A DNA stretch of 64,000 nucleotides, taken from contig JBHGAY010000006.1 in assembly GCA_041946735.1 (NCBI GenBank), positions 103,084 through 167,083 on the forward strand. The letters are read 5' to 3'. The notes beneath the pieces are model-generated. The model did no database searches. It had not been told where the DNA came from and worked only from the letters and a program-made list of their open reading frames with translations. The stretch is from Candidatus Eiseniibacteriota bacterium (GTDB lineage: Bacteria > Eisenbacteria > RBG-16-71-46 > CAIMUX01 > VGJL01). The number at the start of each line of letters is the position of its first letter. Position 1 is the stretch's first letter. Below, one piece after another: positions 41,501 through 52,500 of the stretch. The translations under genes were made by a program, and so were the position numbers.

Positions 41501-41752
41501 GATGACTCCCTTCGAGCCGGCCGGCGCACGAATAGCGGGCGACCTCTCCCACCATGAAAGCAGATCCGGTATACTGTTACCGCTCGGATGCACCTGGAAC
41601 CACAACAGGGCGATCTCCGCGACCGGCCGGTTCGCGCTCTTCGTTCGCGCTCCAACTCGCCATCACGACCAGGCATGGCGGTTCCCGCACGGTGAGAGGA
41701 GCGATCGCAGCCGATCGAGCGTGCGGAGCATCGTCCCGAGGAGGATTCGCTC

Positions 41753-43426
41753 ATGCGCCCGCTCCCGCCAGCTTCTGTCACCTCCCGCGGCTCCCGCGCC
41801 TCCCGCGGCCTGAGTCCGTCCCGCCCCCCATGGATCGCTCTAGCCACCCTCGCTGCGCTTTGCGCGATCGCTCCGGCGGCTCATGCAGACACGGAGCTGC
41901 TCTGGTCCGTCCAGGCGAACGGGAACATGCAGTCGATCGCGACCGTCCCCGACATCGACGGCGATGGCCTCCCCGACGTGGCGTTCGAGGGATATGGCAA
42001 CGGCCCGTCCAACGTCGATCACGTCTTCGCGATTCGCGGAGCCTCGGTCGGTCAGGGAGAGGTGCTGTGGTCGAGCCGGCCGTTAGGCGGCGCCAGCAAC
42101 GGCGGCGGTGATGGAGACGATTGCCTGCGCCTCGGTCCCGACCTCGACGGAGACGGCTTCCCGGAGCTTCTGCTCGGCACGGCTTGGGGCGGCCGCACCG
42201 CCTACGCCCTTCACGGCAACACGGGGGAGGTCCTCTGGGGCTTCGACACCTATGCGGAGTATGGCGATTCCTATTCCGGATGGATTTACTCGATGGACTC
42301 GCTCGGTCAAGATCTGGACGAAGACGGGATCCCGGAGATCGTCTTCGCGAGCGGAAGCTCCAACGACCGGGTGCATTGCGTGAGCGGAGCCAGCGGCGGT
42401 CTCGTCTGGGTCTACTACGGCGGGGACGCCTTCCGCGACGTCCATTCCTGCGTGGACATCGACGGGGACCAGGTGCGCGACGTCATCGTCTCGCTCGGCG
42501 ATCAGACCCCGATCTCGCCGCGCGTCGTTGCCCTCTCGGGCGTCGACGGACATCGCATTTGGGAGACGCCGGTGGGCGGGGCGATCTGGAACATCGTCTT
42601 CCTGAGCGACTTGACCGGCGACGGGATTCCGGAGATCACGCTCTCGCAATGGAGCAACTCTCTCGTCTGCTTGAACGGCGACACCGGCGCGGTCGTCTGG
42701 TCCGTCCCCGTTCCGGCGCAGCAGCGGGTCGCCGCTCTCGACGACGTCGACGGCGACGGCAAGCGGGACGTCGCGGTGGGATGCAACACGACGAGCATCT
42801 GCCAGGTGCGGAGCGGCGCCGACGGCGAGCTCGTATGGAACGTCGCGACATCCGACTGGACCTGGGCGATCGACAGGATGCCCGACGTCAGCGGCGACGG
42901 GATCAACGACGTCGTCGTGGGGGACTTCGACGGGTGGGTGCGACTCCTGGACGGCGCAAGCGGAGCGGAGATCTGGTCGTGGCTCAATCCCACGGGCGAC
43001 AAGATCAAGACGATCCGCGGCACCGCCGACCTGAACGGCAACGGCGCGCCGGACGTCGTCGCCGGCACGCAGCTTCTCTACGGCGGGTCGGGCGGCGACG
43101 TGTACGCCCTCGAGGGGAACCCGAATGCGATGGGCGTCGCCGAAGGGCTTCCCTCGACGGGCGCTCGCCTCGGGCCGGGATTCCCGAATCCGAGCTTCGC
43201 GGGCGTTCGCTGGTCGATCGCTCCCGGCGTTGCGCCCGGCGCGGAGCTTTCGATCTTCGCCGTCGACGGCCGCCGCGTCCGCACGCTGGCAGCGCGCGCG
43301 GGAACGATCGCATGGGATGGACGGGACGAGCGAGGAAGGGACGTGCCGGCCGGCGTCTACCGGGCGAGGCTGGCGGGCGGCGAAGGAGCTTTCGAGGAGT
43401 CGAAGCCGATCGTCCTGATCCGTTAG
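41753..43426 (+). CDS. Secreted FG-GAP/PQQ-like beta-propeller protein with C-terminal FlgD-Ig domain
   Basis: Signal peptide AHA; repeats D.DGDG.PDv and G.tG.v.W; FPNPS..WDGRDERGRDVPAGVYRARL. Confidence 0.85.
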   Translation: MRPLPPASVTSRGSRASRGLSPSRPPWIALATLAALCAIAPAAHADTELLWSVQANGNMQSIATVPDIDGDGLPDVAFEGYGNGPSNVDHVFAIRGASVGQGEVLWSSRPLGGASNGGGDGDDCLRLGPDLDGDGFPELLLGTAWGGRTAYALHGNTGEVLWGFDTYAEYGDSYSGWIYSMDSLGQDLDEDGIPEIVFASGSSNDRVHCVSGASGGLVWVYYGGDAFRDVHSCVDIDGDQVRDVIVSLGDQTPISPRVVALSGVDGHRIWETPVGGAIWNIVFLSDLTGDGIPEITLSQWSNSLVCLNGDTGAVVWSVPVPAQQRVAALDDVDGDGKRDVAVGCNTTSICQVRSGADGELVWNVATSDWTWAIDRMPDVSGDGINDVVVGDFDGWVRLLDGASGAEIWSWLNPTGDKIKTIRGTADLNGNGAPDVVAGTQLLYGGSGGDVYALEGNPNAMGVAEGLPSTGARLGPGFPNPSFAGVRWSIAPGVAPGAELSIFAVDGRRVRTLAARAGTIAWDGRDERGRDVPAGVYRARLAGGEGAFEESKPIVLIR

Positions 43427-43583
43427 GTCTGCCTGGCAGCGTCCGGGATCTCGTGCACGCGCCCAGGGACTCGCCGACTCGCCGGTTCCTGGGCGCTCGC
43501 GCGCTCTCCGCGCTTCTCACTCTCGCGCGCGTGAGACGCGCCGCTCGCGCCCCCTGCTATAGTCCGGATATGCAGGAGTTCGC

Positions 43584-44432
43584 ATGACACCATCCTCGAG
43601 CGGCAATCCCGCCGATTCCGATCCACCCGCCGATCGTCCGGTTCAGCGCCCCGGCGAAGTGCAGCTCGTGCGCACGTTGCACGATCCGCTGTCGGTCCTG
43701 GTGACGTCGGGGGATTTCGGTCCTCTCTTCGCTGCATGGGAGCGCCACGCCGAGCTGTGGCAGGAGGCGCCCGATTCGTTGTCGACCGTCCTCATGCGGC
43801 AAGGGCTCGCCGCGGCGACGCTGCATCTCGCGAACCGCCCGCGCGACGAGGTCGTCGCCTGGACGCTGAACCTGCGGCAACCGCCGACGAACGTCTTTCT
43901 CACCGGCGAGGCGCGCCAGGGGATCGTCACCGGGCGGGTCTATACCGAAGGCGTGCGCACCTATGAAACGAGCCGCTTCTACGTCCAGACGATCCGTGGG
44001 CACCGGGAGCCGGTCGTCTCGGCGATCGAGGTGGAGGGCTTCGACCTCCTCGACATCTTCGAGCAGTACTACGAGCGGTCCGAGCAGAGCCCCGCTCGCT
44101 TCTTCGAGGGGGACGGGGATCGCTTCCTGATGGTTCTCGGCCTGCCGGGCGTCGATCGCCAGTGGCTCGAAGCGCTCGATCCGCGCGCCGCGGCGGAGAT
44201 CGACGGCTCGCAACGGACGCTCGAGGAGCGCGCCTTCCGCCTCGAATGCGGATGCAGCCCCGCGAAGATGCTCCGCGCCTTGCGGACGATCTTCGCCGAG
44301 CAGCCGGAAGAGCTGTTCCAGGGGGACGAGCGTGTCGAGACGTCGTGCCCGCGATGCGGCCGGCGGTGGTGGGTGACGCGCGAGCAGTTCGAGGCGTCGG
44401 CCTCCGGAGGCGAAGGGACGGCCGAGGCGTAA
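43584..44432 (+). CDS. hslO: Hsp33-family redox-regulated chaperone (divergent)
   Basis: YYERSEQSP motif and C-terminal zinc switch CGCS..CPRC. Confidence 0.75.
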   Translation: MTPSSSGNPADSDPPADRPVQRPGEVQLVRTLHDPLSVLVTSGDFGPLFAAWERHAELWQEAPDSLSTVLMRQGLAAATLHLANRPRDEVVAWTLNLRQPPTNVFLTGEARQGIVTGRVYTEGVRTYETSRFYVQTIRGHREPVVSAIEVEGFDLLDIFEQYYERSEQSPARFFEGDGDRFLMVLGLPGVDRQWLEALDPRAAAEIDGSQRTLEERAFRLECGCSPAKMLRALRTIFAEQPEELFQGDERVETSCPRCGRRWWVTREQFEASASGGEGTAEA

Positions 44433-44521
44433 GGGAGCCCGGCGGAAGCGCCGTTCGCACGGCGCCGGCGCTCGCACTGCCGCCGCACGACGTTCGCTCG
44501 CCGCGCGATCCCGCGATCCCG

Positions 44522-45133
44522 TTAGTCGGCGCGCGGCTTGCGGCCGCTTCTCTCGTCGACCAGGAATTTCCGTCCCCGCACCGTCGCCATCTCGATCTCG
44601 GGATGCCGGCGCGTCACGTACTCGTACAGCACGATCGAGCACGAGATGTTGACGTTCAAGCACGGGACGAGGCCGAACTGAGGAATCATCACCCTCCGCT
44701 CGCAAGCGGCGAGCAGCCGCTCATCGAGCCCATGGAGCTCGTTGCCGACGACGAAGAGGGGCCTCTCGGGGAATTCGAAGCGATCGAGCCTCTCCGCCTC
44801 CGGCGTGATCTCGACGGCGATGCTCGTGTAGCCCGAGCTGGGGAGCCAGGCGAGGAAGGCGTCCCGGTCGGGGAAATGCCGGATCCTCTCGTACCGTTCG
44901 ACGCCGTTGCTGCCGCTCGCCTGGTAGCTGGCCGATCCGATCAGGACCAGCTCCCCGCAAAGGAAGCTGTGCGCGGTCCGGATCAGGTTCCCGATGTTCA
45001 TCTGCTTGTCGGGATTGTCCACGGCGACGGCATAGGGGAGCCGCCGCGCATCGAGGCTCCGTTTCAGCTCGGCCCTTCGCGGGTTCAGCGATTGGAGGAA
45101 GTCCTCCTGGCGCTTCGGATCGAATCGCGGCAT
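44522..45133 (-). CDS. SpoU/TrmH-family RNA methyltransferase
   Basis: DNPDKQMNIGNLIRTA, VVGNELHG, IPQFGLVPCLNV (SPOUT motifs 1-3). Confidence 0.88.
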   Translation of the reverse strand: MPRFDPKRQEDFLQSLNPRRAELKRSLDARRLPYAVAVDNPDKQMNIGNLIRTAHSFLCGELVLIGSASYQASGSNGVERYERIRHFPDRDAFLAWLPSSGYTSIAVEITPEAERLDRFEFPERPLFVVGNELHGLDERLLAACERRVMIPQFGLVPCLNVNISCSIVLYEYVTRRHPEIEMATVRGRKFLVDERSGRKPRAD

Positions 45134-45311
45134 GCGGTGTACCCCTCCGTGACTCCAGGCCTCGGGTCCCATTCGCCCGCCGCGCTATGATAACGTCGAT
45201 CCGCGGAGAAACGGCAGGAGCGAGCTTGCCGGCGCTTGCCCGGCCGCTTGGCCGACCGGCCGCTCAGGCGGCGCCGCGCCGCGCCCCCCGAATTCCGTCG
45301 AGGAGGTTCGT

Positions 45312-46421
45312 ATGCCGATCCGGATGAAACGAGGAGGTAGCCGGGAAGCGCCCGATGCCCGGTTCTACGAGGTCGAGCCGGACGGCCGGCTTCTCTGCAC
45401 CCTCTGTCCCCGCTACTGTCGCCTATCGGACGGCCAGGCCGGATTCTGCTTCATCCGCCAGAACCAGGGCGGAACGATGAAGAGCCTCGGCTACGGGCGG
45501 CCGACCGGCTTCGCGATCGACCCGGTCGAGAAGAAGCCGCTGAACCATTTCCTCCCCGGGACGCCGATTCTCTCGTTCGGAACGGCCGGCTGCAATCTCG
45601 GCTGCCAGTTCTGTCAGAACTGGGACATGAGCAAAGCGCGAATCGATACGCTGCAGAGCTACGAGGTGACGCCCGAGGAGGTGGTCGATCTCGCCATCCG
45701 GGAAGGTTGCCCCTCGATCGCGTTCACCTACAACGACCCGGTCATCTTCGCCGAGTTCGTGATCGACGTCTCCCGGATCGCGCGCGAGCGCGGCGTGAAA
45801 TCGGTCCTCGTGACTGCGGGCTACGTCACGCCGGAAGCGCGGCCGGAGTTGTACCGCTACGCCGACGCCGCCAACGTCGACTTGAAGGCCTTCACCGAGG
45901 AGTTCTACCGGAAGGCGACCTTGTCCCACCTCGCTCCGGTGCTCGATACGCTGGTCTGGCTGCGCAAGGAGACGGAGGTGTGGACCGAGATCACGACGCT
46001 CCTCATTCCTGGCAAGAACGACGGCGACGAGGAGATCCAGCGCGAGTGCGCCTGGATCGTCGAGAACCTGGGCGAAGATCAGCCGATCCACTTCACCGCG
46101 TTTCATCCCGACTACCGGATGACCGGGATTCCGGGGACGCCCGCGGCCACCGTGCGTCGCGCCCGCGCGATCGCGCGAGCCGAAGGACTGAAGTACGTCT
46201 ACGTCGGAAACGTCCACGATTCGGAAGGACAGACGACGTGGTGCCCGAACCCGAGCTGCGGCGAGGCGCTGATCGTCCGCGACTGGCAGTCGGTCCGCCA
46301 CTACCATCTCCAGGCGGGCGGCCGGTGCCCGTCGTGCGGCGCGACCGTCCCGGGAATCTTCGAGAGCGGTGCCGCGACGACCGCTCGCCGCGGCATCCTT
46401 CCCTCGCGCGTGACGCCGTAG
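45312..46421 (+). CDS. amrS: AmmeMemoRadiSam system radical SAM enzyme
   Basis: CTLCPRYC..GFC, DPVEKKPLNHF.PG, GCNLGCQFCQNW, AFTYNDP, HFTAFHPDY, YVYVGNV. Confidence 0.92.
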   Translation: MPIRMKRGGSREAPDARFYEVEPDGRLLCTLCPRYCRLSDGQAGFCFIRQNQGGTMKSLGYGRPTGFAIDPVEKKPLNHFLPGTPILSFGTAGCNLGCQFCQNWDMSKARIDTLQSYEVTPEEVVDLAIREGCPSIAFTYNDPVIFAEFVIDVSRIARERGVKSVLVTAGYVTPEARPELYRYADAANVDLKAFTEEFYRKATLSHLAPVLDTLVWLRKETEVWTEITTLLIPGKNDGDEEIQRECAWIVENLGEDQPIHFTAFHPDYRMTGIPGTPAATVRRARAIARAEGLKYVYVGNVHDSEGQTTWCPNPSCGEALIVRDWQSVRHYHLQAGGRCPSCGATVPGIFESGAATTARRGILPSRVTP

Positions 46422-46427
46422 CGGGAT

Positions 46428-46463
46428 CTTTCAGCTCCGATCCGAGCCTTTCAGCTCCGATCC
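46428..46463 (+). repeat. 16-bp direct repeat CTTTCAGCTCCGATCC (period 20) over the stop codon of the Cys-rich gene
   Basis: Copies at 46428-46443 and 46448-46463. Confidence 0.7.
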
Positions 46464-46684
46464 TTGAGGCCGTGGACTCCCTGCATGTTCGCGCAGTTGA
46501 CGCAGCAGTAGATCGAGCCGTCCGCCTCCACCCCGTGCCCGACGATCTTGCAGCTGCAGTGCGCGCAGACCGGAGCCAGAGCGTGGATCGCGCACTCGAA
46601 GCTGTCGAAGACATGGCGGCGTCCTGCCTTGGTCACTTCGAAGGACTTGTCATAGTCGTTTCCACAGACCTCGCACGTTGCCAT
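46451..46684 (-). CDS. Small Cys/His-rich metal-binding protein (prokaryotic metallothionein-like, tandem TRASH-like motifs)
   Basis: GGAGGA RBS; 77 aa with 9 Cys and 5 His: CEVC..FDSFEC and CAHC.C..YCC..C. Confidence 0.8.
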   Translation of the reverse strand: MATCEVCGNDYDKSFEVTKAGRRHVFDSFECAIHALAPVCAHCSCKIVGHGVEADGSIYCCVNCANMQGVHGLKDRS

Positions 46685-46847
46685 GTGCGCTCCTCCTGTT
46701 CCCATGCGGTCGGCGACCGCCGTTCGCTGTCACGTTCGCGCTCCCACTCGCGCGGATTCGCGCGGCCTTCGTTCGTCCAAGGTACGCAAAGCGCTCCCGG
46801 TGAGGAATCCGAACGGGCGGCCGGCCGGCTGCTCCGAACGTACCTGC

Positions 46848-49532
46848 CTACCAGGCGAACCACTTGCTGATCTTGATCAGGAAGATGTTGCGGGGATGGA
46901 TGTCGAAAAGGTCCTCGACGTCGTCACGGAGCGAGAAGCCTCCGGACGGCGTGGATCCCGCCCGTCCCTGGCTCCAGACCAGATAGAGGGTCGAGCCCGC
47001 CTCGTATTCCCAGCGAAGCACCAGATTGGAGTGGAACTCCTTGTAGTTGAAGTCGGGATCGGAGAACGAGTAGTCGGCCGTCCCGTCCCGGTCCTCGTCG
47101 ACGACGTAGCGGTCCGCGTCCGCGTCGAAGGCAATCTCGTTCGCAGCCGGGTCGAAGACGTGGAAGCGGTCGGCGTAACGGCCGGCGTCGGGGTTCGTGA
47201 TCCTTTTGAAGCTGCCGTAACGGCCGGCGGAAACGAACGGCTGCGCATAGTACTGGACCGTCAGGTTCGGGCTGAGGCAGGCGTCGACGCGCATCGTGAA
47301 GACCGCGGTCTTCTGCCGGATCCGCCCAAAGAGAAAGCGGTCCGCGCCGCCTGCGTCCGCCTGGCCGATGTACTGGAGGTCCGACCACGAGTGACTCCAT
47401 TCCGGATTGGCGCTCAGCTGGACTCCGTTCGCCACCCGCCAGTCCAGTTCGATCTCCGCGGAGCCGCCGAAGTCGCCTCCCTCGTCGCCCGCTTCGATGG
47501 ATCCGGCGATCGCTCCATGGACCGGCAGGCGCGCGTCCGAAGAGACGTTGGACTCGATGCTCCAGGAACCGGGGAGCAGCATCGACGGCCCGCCGCGCAG
47601 AGCGGAGTTCGATCGCGCCTCGAGCGTGCGCGTGATGCCGGCGTAGTACTCCCATCGGTTGCGCAGCGTCGCGTGCGTGTTCACATTGGATTGGCGGAGC
47701 AGGTTGTTGCCGCCGAAGTCCCAGTAGAGCCACTCGTTGGCGTTGACCTCCATGCGATGGAAGATTCCGAACGGCTGGTTGAGGTAATAGCCGGCCCATG
47801 TCGAATGGTTGATCTCGTCGGCGGTGCGCATGTAGCCGAGATCGTTCAGCTCGAAGCCAGGGGAGCGCCAGGCTAGGCCTCCCTGAAACCTCCACCGGCC
47901 GTTCTGCTTCCCGGCGTAGATCGAGCCGGCGTGTCCGGAGAGGGACGTGGCTGTCGAATCGACGGAGACATGGTGCGCGTCGGGCCGCTGGAAATAATGA
48001 GCCGACGACGTCTGCGTACGCACCAGCGCTTCCTTCTCTCCGCGGACGCTGCTCGCCAGGATCTTGAACAGGACGGAGTACGCCCGGTCGTGGAAGCGAT
48101 GCTCGAGATCCAGTCCGCCGACGTAGGCGGCCGAGTGCAGGAAGCGCACCTCCTGAGGCGAGACGTCACGGTGGGTCGAGGTCAGCATCCCGCCGATCTG
48201 AGTCTGGCCGTCCCGCAGGTCCTTCTGCACGCGCCCCACGAAGTAGTTCGTCGCCGGCTCGACGACCTGCCCTCGCCCGCCCTGGAAGCCGTCGATGCTC
48301 GCGCGCTCCCGCGCTGTCACCGCGTCCAGCACTCCGACCGACAGCCCTCGCGCCGTCTTCCCCGAGAGCTTCGCCGCGCCGAGGATGCTCGTCGAATTCG
48401 GCACGCTGGCGAACTCGCCGTCCTCGAGCGAGGGCGATCCCTGGGGTTCCCGTCCGACGCGGCGCGAATAGAAGAGGCGGTCTTGGGTGAAGTTCCCGCC
48501 CGTGATCGCGTTGGCGACCTCGTAACGGAAGATGTCGCTCCCCTCGATGAAGAACGGGCGCTTCTCGCCGAAGAATGTCTCGAACGCGGTCAGGTTCACC
48601 TCGGCCGGATCGGCCTCGACCTGCCCGAAGTCGGGATTGATCGAGGCGTCGAGGATCAGGCCGCTTCCGATCCCAAGCTTGGCGTCGACTCCGCTGTCGA
48701 GATGCTGGTCCGTCCCGTCTGCAAACGGATCTCCGGAGATCTTCTCGGAGCGCTCGAGATCGCCCACGAAGTAGGGTGCGACCTCGAGCTGCCTCTGCAG
48801 CGGAAGCTCGCGCAAGCCGCGCAGCTCGCCGAAACGGCTCACCCATCCTTCGTCGTCACGCGAAATGAATTGCCAGACGGAACGCTCCTCCTTGCGAAAG
48901 AGCCGGCGCTGCACCTGGATCCCCCAGGCTTGCTCCCCGGCCGGCGAATAGCGGAGCTGACTGAAGGGGATGCGGATCTCGGCGGTCCATCCGTGGTCGT
49001 CGACTGCCGTGGTGTTGGTCCAGACCGGGTCCCACGAGGAGTCCCAGTCGTTGCCGTCCTCCGACACGTACTCGTCGCCGCGGACGCCGCTGGCGCTTGC
49101 CGTGAAGGAGAACGCGGTCCGTCCGTCCCGACGGCTGTCGATGTTGATCTCGACCCAGTCGCCGGGGAACCAGTCACGCCGCGCGAGCATGTGTTCGACC
49201 CGAGAAGGCTCCGGGTCCCAAGCGCGATAGGCGACGTAAAGCGCGTGTTCGTCGTAGAGGATCTTGAATGCCGTCGAGCAGGAAGGCGCCACGCCCTCCA
49301 CTGGGTCCCGCTGCGTGAAGCCCCCCGACCAGGGCACGGCGTCCCAGGCCGGCTCGTCGGGCCGGCCGTCGAGTAACGGGGACGTCCCTTCGATGCGGTG
49401 AGTGACATAAATGCGCCGGCCACCCTCCTCTCCAGTGGACGGTGGAGGCTGCGCGCGGGACGGCGACGAAAGGACGAGCGCCAGACCGGCGACGATAGGC
49501 AGAGCGAGCAGGAAGTTCCGGCCGCCTCTCAC
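46848..49532 (-). CDS. CBM9-like + DUF5916-like outer-membrane protein
   Basis: GTG overlaps the tricorn TGA; signal peptide; DG.pDEpaW, GWTAEIRIPFSQLRY, INPDFGQVEADP, EKRPFFIEG, LFYSRRVG; ends FLIKISKWFAW. Confidence 0.8.
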   Translation of the reverse strand: MRGGRNFLLALPIVAGLALVLSSPSRAQPPPSTGEEGGRRIYVTHRIEGTSPLLDGRPDEPAWDAVPWSGGFTQRDPVEGVAPSCSTAFKILYDEHALYVAYRAWDPEPSRVEHMLARRDWFPGDWVEINIDSRRDGRTAFSFTASASGVRGDEYVSEDGNDWDSSWDPVWTNTTAVDDHGWTAEIRIPFSQLRYSPAGEQAWGIQVQRRLFRKEERSVWQFISRDDEGWVSRFGELRGLRELPLQRQLEVAPYFVGDLERSEKISGDPFADGTDQHLDSGVDAKLGIGSGLILDASINPDFGQVEADPAEVNLTAFETFFGEKRPFFIEGSDIFRYEVANAITGGNFTQDRLFYSRRVGREPQGSPSLEDGEFASVPNSTSILGAAKLSGKTARGLSVGVLDAVTARERASIDGFQGGRGQVVEPATNYFVGRVQKDLRDGQTQIGGMLTSTHRDVSPQEVRFLHSAAYVGGLDLEHRFHDRAYSVLFKILASSVRGEKEALVRTQTSSAHYFQRPDAHHVSVDSTATSLSGHAGSIYAGKQNGRWRFQGGLAWRSPGFELNDLGYMRTADEINHSTWAGYYLNQPFGIFHRMEVNANEWLYWDFGGNNLLRQSNVNTHATLRNRWEYYAGITRTLEARSNSALRGGPSMLLPGSWSIESNVSSDARLPVHGAIAGSIEAGDEGGDFGGSAEIELDWRVANGVQLSANPEWSHSWSDLQYIGQADAGGADRFLFGRIRQKTAVFTMRVDACLSPNLTVQYYAQPFVSAGRYGSFKRITNPDAGRYADRFHVFDPAANEIAFDADADRYVVDEDRDGTADYSFSDPDFNYKEFHSNLVLRWEYEAGSTLYLVWSQGRAGSTPSGGFSLRDDVEDLFDIHPRNIFLIKISKWFAW

Positions 49533-52500
49533 GAGCCGGCGATCTCCTTGCCGAACGCCTCGCGCGTCCGAGGCCGAGCCGGGCCGAAGTCCGGTTCCTG
49601 CGCCGGCGTCGCCGCTAGTGCCCGCATCACTTCCTCGATCCCCCGGTCGAGCTGCGCGTCGACGCCGCGCGCGACCTCCTGCGGCAGGTCGTCGACCACG
49701 ATGTCCGGGTCGACGCCATGGTTTTCGATGCTCCAGCCGTGCGCATCCCACCAGGCCGACTGCGGCTGCGTCTCGAGCCCGTTGTCGACGAGAGGGCGCA
49801 GTCCGCTGATCCCGACGACGCCGCCCCACGTGCGCACTCCGATCACCGGCGCGAGCTTCTCCATCTGGACGACGGCAGGGAAGATGTCGCCGTCGGAGCC
49901 GGCGAACTGGTTCGTCAGCACGACGAACGGACCGTTCAGGACTCGATCGGGATAGGTAGCGACGCCGCTCCAGCGGCCGCGGTTGAAGCTCACCAGGCGC
50001 CGGCGAAGGCGCTCGACGATCTGCTGGGAGACGGCGCCGCCTCCGTTCCAGCGCGCGTCGACGATCATCCCTTCCTTGTCAAGCTGCGGGTAGAACCAGG
50101 TGTTGAACTCGATCAGGCCGTGCTGCCACATGTCCGGAATGTGCACGTAGCCGATTCTTCCGCCCGTCTTCTCCGAGACGTACTCCCGATTCCGTCGCAC
50201 CCAATCGGAATAGCGCAGGTCCCCCTCGTCCGCTACGGGGACGACCACCACCTCGCGCGCTCCCTGCGCGGCCGGCTTCTCGTTGACAGTCAGCGCGGCC
50301 GGACGGCCCGCGAGGTTCTCGAAGTACGACTCGAATGCGCGGGTGTCCGCGAACGGCTGGTGGTTCACCTGCAGGATGTACATCCCCTCGGCAAGGTTGA
50401 CCCCAGGCGCCGCGAGCGGAGAGACGACTTGATCGGCGGGCGCGCCGCGATAGATGCGCGTCACCTTGTAGGCGCTTCCCTCCCGGTGCACGTCGGCTCC
50501 GAGGAGCCCGACCGAGACGGACCGGGGCTGCACGCCCGGGTCGCCGCCCCAGAGGTAGGTGTGCGAGGTGTTCAGCTCGCCGATCAGCTCTCCCATCAGA
50601 TCGGAGAGATCGGCACGGGAAGAGAGGCGCGGCAGGAGCGTCGCGTATTGCTCTCCGATCTTCCTCCAGTCGAGGCCGGCCATCTCGGCATCCCAATAGA
50701 AGTCCCGCTGGTTCCGCCATCCCTCGTAGAAGATCTGCGCCCACTCCTCGCGCGGGTCGAGATCGATCACGACGTCCGCGATCGAGACTTTCCCTTCCTC
50801 GAGATCGGGCTCTTCGCCGTTCGCGTCGACGACGTAGAAGTCTCCCTTGTCCTTCATGAGGGCGATCTTCTCCGCGTCTGCCGCCAGCCGGTAGTCGGCC
50901 ACCCCTTCGACGAACGGCTCCGCCTCCATCTCGTCCAGGTCGAAGACCATGAGGTCGCTTTGCGGGCCGGGTTCCTCGAACAGACCCTCCATCTCGGCGA
51001 ACCCACGCAGCGGAGCGGAGAGGTAGAACACCCGCTTGGCGGTTGCGGAGATCTGTGAATAGCCGCCTCGCTCGATGTCGAGCGGCACCACGCGCTCCGC
51101 GAGTCCGTCGAAGTCGATCGCGACCGGCTCCGGCGGCGCCTTCTCGCCCTTCTCGCCGTTCTCGCCATCGCTTTCGTTGCCGCTCTCGCGTCCGTTCTTC
51201 GCTTTGCCGTCGTCGTTCCTCGACGCGCCGTCGCCATGCGGCGGCATCCCTTCGCGGGCGGCGAACGGATTCTCGACGTCCTTGCGGAGGAGCGCCAGGT
51301 AGAGGAGGCCGCGCTTCGCCTCGACGTTGTCCCAGTCCTGGTTGCCGAGGATCGGATTCGTCGCGCGTTCGCTGACGAAGTAGAGGTAGCGCCCTTCCGG
51401 ATCCCAGCACGGGCCATGGTCGTCGGTCGTGCCGTCGCTCATCGGATGCACCTCGCCGCTCTTCATGTCGTAGATGCAGAGCGTGCTGTAGCCGGTGAAC
51501 GCCCGCTTGCCGTAGGCGAGCCACCGGCCGTCGGGGCTCCAGGCGTAGTCGTGAATCTCGTCCGCCTCGGCCTGGTCCACGCGATGGGGTGGCGAGCCGC
51601 CGTCCGCGGCGACGACGAAGAGCGTCTGCGTCATGTCGCTGTAGGCGATCCACCTTCCATCCGGAGAGAAGAGCGGGGCGGCGTTCCAACCGCCCGATTC
51701 GCCGGCCGGCTTGACGACGACCGGCTTGCCGCGTCCCCAGGCGTCGATCACGCGGATCTCCTCTTCGCGCGGCTCGTCGGTCACGTAGACGATCCGTTCC
51801 CCCTTCGGATCGAAGCTCGCCCAGTTCTCGCGGGCGCCGCTGCCCCGTGTGATCGGGAGCGTCACTCCGTCCTCCACGGGGACGGAGAAGATCTCGCCGC
51901 GCGCGGTGAGCGCCAAGCGGCCGCCGTCCGGGGAGATGTCGAAGCAGGTCACGTAGGGAGCGGCGTCGGGGTAGCGCACCCGCGTGAGCACGCGGTCGCT
52001 CGGAAGATCGATGTCGACCTTGCGGGCTTCTCCGCTCGCCGGGTCGTAGATCCAGGCGTCGGCAGCGAGCGTGAAGACGATCCGCCCGTCGGGGCCGATC
52101 GACGCCTGCCGCGCGTCCCACTCCTGGAAGTCGGTCAACCGGCGGGCGCCAGCGCCGTCGGGCTTCATCGACCAGAGGTTCATCGTTCCGCCGCGATCGC
52201 TGAGGAAGTAGAGGAGGCCGCCGTTCCACATCGGATACGAGTCGGTGCCCTCGAAGTCGGTCACCTTCCTGAAGTCCGCCTTCGACGGATCGCCCACCCA
52301 GATGTCGGGGGCGGTGCCGCCGCGATAGCGCTTCCAGGTGGCGAACTCGGTGGAGTTACGGACGAACGCGTACAGTCCCGTCTGCGGATCGATATCGATG
52401 CGCCCGGCGTAGCCGATCGGGAGAAGCTCGGCGTCTCCCCCCTCGACCGGGACCGCGAAAATGTCTTCATTGTGGTTCGGTTCCCAGCGCGCGCTTCGAA

